Positions 61,823-64,000 of a DNA stretch of 64,000 nucleotides are shown here, piece after piece (positions within the stretch are counted from its first letter, which is position 1; each line of letters opens with the position of its first letter). A program made the translations under genes and the position numbers. Source of the stretch: an uncultured Chloroflexia bacterium (GTDB lineage: Bacteria > Chloroflexota > Limnocylindria > Limnocylindrales > CSP1-4); NCBI GenBank assembly GCA_963734535.1, contig CAVTHS010000003.1, positions 96,001 through 160,000 of the forward strand. Direction: 5' to 3'. The notes beneath the pieces are model-generated. The model made no database searches, had not been told where the DNA came from, and saw only the letters and a program-made list of their open reading frames with translations.

Positions 61823-64000
61823 ATGACCCGCGGGGTCCGGGCGGCCGGTGCACGTCGCGGCAGCGCGCCGCGCATGCCGAGGCGGCGCCGCGAGCCGGCG
61901 CAGCTCGAGCAGATCCCCGTCTGGCTCGAGCACGTCACCCCGCCACGGATAGCCGGCCCGGCGCCGGTGGCAACGGGCATCGAGGCCCTCCTTGCCCATC
62001 TCAATGCGCAGCAGCGTCGCGCCGTGACGCACGGCGACGGGCCGCTCCTGGTCGTGGCGGGTGCCGGGACCGGCAAGACGCAGGTCGTGACGCGGCGGAT
62101 CGCGTGGCTGATCGCCTCGAAGCGTGCGCGGCCGTCGGAGATCCTGGCCCTGACGTTCACGGACAAGGCCGCCGAGGAGATGCAGCTCCGGGTCGACCAG
62201 CTGGTTCCCTACGGCTTCACCGACACCCTGGTCGCGACCTTCCACTCGTTCGGGGACCGGCTGATCCGCGAGCACGCCCTGGAGCTGGGCCTGCCATCGG
62301 AGCCGCGGGTCCTCTCGCGCGCCGAGACCGTGATCTTCCTTCGCGAGCGCCTCTTCCGGCTGGAGCTGGACGCCTACCGGCCCCTGGGCAATCCGACCCG
62401 GTTCCTGGCTGCTCTCGCCGCGCTCTTCAGCCGCCTGAAGGACGAGGACATCGGCCCGGACGAGTACCGCGCCCATGCCGCGGCGCTGGCGGTCGTCGCC
62501 GAGCCGGTCGTGGATGCCGAGGGCGGACCCGCGCTGCGCGACGAGGCGCGACGGCACCTGGAGCTGGCCGCCGCCTACGAGCGCTACCAGGAGCTGCTCG
62601 TCGAGGCCGGCGCGATCGACTTCGGGGACCAGGTGCGCCTGGCGCTCACCCTCCTGCGCGAGCATCCAGCGGCACGACGCCGGGTCCAGGCGCGGTTCCG
62701 GTACGTCCTCGTCGACGAATTCCAGGATGTCAACCGGGCACAGGCCGAGCTGGTGGCGCTCATCGCTGAGCCCCATCGCAACATCACCGTGGTGGGCGAC
62801 GACGACCAGTCGATCTACCGGTTCCGCGGCGCGGCCACGGGCGCAATCGTCGATTTCCTGGAGCATTTCCGTGCCGCCAGGACGGTGGTGATGCGGCGCA
62901 ACTACCGTTCGCGCGCCCCGATCCTCGACGCGTCCTACCGCCTGATCAGGTTCAACGATCCGGACCGGCTGGAGGTCCAGCGCGGCATTGCCAAGCGGCT
63001 GGTCGCGCATCGCCGAACGGCGGGGTCGGCTCCGGTCCGCCAGGTCGCCTTTGCCACCGGAACGGACGAGGCGGACTGGGTGGCGTCCGATATCGAGCGG
63101 CGCATCCGGGCGGGGGCGGCCCCGCGGGACCACGCAATCCTCGTCCGGGCGAACGCCGACGCCGACGCGATCCTGCGCTCGCTGAACGTGGCCGGGATCG
63201 CCTGGCGCTTCTCGGGCGTCTCCGGCCTCTACAGCCGGGCGGAGGTGCGGCTGCTGCTGGCCTTCCTCCGGGCGATCGCGGACCCGCACAGCTCCGTCGA
63301 CGTCTTCGCGCTCGCCGCGTCCGAGCTGTACGGCTTCCCGGGCGACGACCTCGCCGCCATCACGAACCGCGCCCGGCGCACGAACCGCAGCCTCCGCGAG
63401 ACGCTCGAGGAGCTCGAGCGCCAGCCGGGCCTCCTCCGCCTGCTCCCCGAGACCCGGACATCGCTGGCCCGGCTGATCGCCGACCTGCGTCGCTACAGCG
63501 AGCTCGCGAACCGGCGCCCGGCTGGCGAAGTCCTCTACGAGTTCCTCAAGGAGTCCGGTTCACTTCGCCGCCTGGCCGAGGCCCGCACCCCCGCCGCGGA
63601 CGAGGCGCTGGGCAACGTGGCGCGGTTCTTCGAGATCATCCGCGCCCAGTCGGACCTCCTTGCCGACGACCGGGCCGTCTTCCTGGCGCCGCACCTGGAG
63701 ACGCTCATCGAGGCGGGCGACGACCCCGCCACGGCTGACCTCGACCCGGACGCGGACGCGGTGGCCGTCGTCACGATCCACAAGGCCAAGGGCCTCGAGT
63801 GGCCGGTCGTCTACCTCGTCGGGCTGGTGGACGGCCGCTTCCCGGCGCGCGGGCGGCGCGAGCAGCTCGCGGTTCCCGATGGCCTGCTCCGCGGCACGTT
63901 CCCGGTCGGCGACGCGCAGGTCCAGGAGGAGCGTCGGCTGTTCTACGTCGGCATGACGCGTGCACGCGATGAGCTGCTCCTGAGCCACGCCCTCGACTAC
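61823..64000 (+). CDS. UvrD/PcrA-family ATP-dependent DNA helicase (3'-truncated by the window)
   Basis: LNAQQRRAV, AGAGTGKT, LTFTDKAA, VDEFQD, VGDDDQSIYRFRGA, NYRS, TIHKAKGLEW and EERRLFYVGMTRA. Start at 61823 or 61874. Confidence 0.93.
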   Translation, partial: MTRGVRAAGARRGSAPRMPRRRREPAQLEQIPVWLEHVTPPRIAGPAPVATGIEALLAHLNAQQRRAVTHGDGPLLVVAGAGTGKTQVVTRRIAWLIASKRARPSEILALTFTDKAAEEMQLRVDQLVPYGFTDTLVATFHSFGDRLIREHALELGLPSEPRVLSRAETVIFLRERLFRLELDAYRPLGNPTRFLAALAALFSRLKDEDIGPDEYRAHAAALAVVAEPVVDAEGGPALRDEARRHLELAAAYERYQELLVEAGAIDFGDQVRLALTLLREHPAARRRVQARFRYVLVDEFQDVNRAQAELVALIAEPHRNITVVGDDDQSIYRFRGAATGAIVDFLEHFRAARTVVMRRNYRSRAPILDASYRLIRFNDPDRLEVQRGIAKRLVAHRRTAGSAPVRQVAFATGTDEADWVASDIERRIRAGAAPRDHAILVRANADADAILRSLNVAGIAWRFSGVSGLYSRAEVRLLLAFLRAIADPHSSVDVFALAASELYGFPGDDLAAITNRARRTNRSLRETLEELERQPGLLRLLPETRTSLARLIADLRRYSELANRRPAGEVLYEFLKESGSLRRLAEARTPAADEALGNVARFFEIIRAQSDLLADDRAVFLAPHLETLIEAGDDPATADLDPDADAVAVVTIHKAKGLEWPVVYLVGLVDGRFPARGRREQLAVPDGLLRGTFPVGDAQVQEERRLFYVGMTRARDELLLSHALDY

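Overview
Very GC-rich bacterial chromosomal segment, mostly core and metabolic genes. By inference from gene content (T-box upstream of valS, actinobacterial-style fhaA-fhaB-rodA-pbpA, DUF4446), it is most likely Chloroflexota, possibly Limnocylindria-like. Left to right: (1) a complete form I aerobic CO dehydrogenase cluster with maturation genes upstream, coxMSL carrying the AYRCSFR motif, an XdhC-YHS fusion and coxG; (2) an ABC exporter / small protein / GNAT / rsgA operon behind a leader-peptide attenuator; (3) small hypothetical genes, class II aldolase, hisN-like phosphatase, a polyamine ABC transporter with class III aminotransferase, and mrp; (4) tRNA-Leu, tig-clpP-clpX, a GH13 glucosidase and T-box/valS; (5) a block of zinc-ribbon proteins including a large repeat protein; (6) fhaA-fhaB-rodA-pbpA and moxR-DUF58-transglutaminase; (7) a serine biosynthesis operon, vapBC, a frameshifted rarA, DUF4446 and a UvrD-family helicase running off the end. 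I saw no CRISPR array, integrase, transposase or prophage. The best candidates for undescribed biology are the attenuated exporter-GNAT-RsgA operon, the zinc-finger repeat protein and its neighbouring operon, and the unusual CODH maturation accessories. All family assignments come from motifs read by eye, not from database searches.
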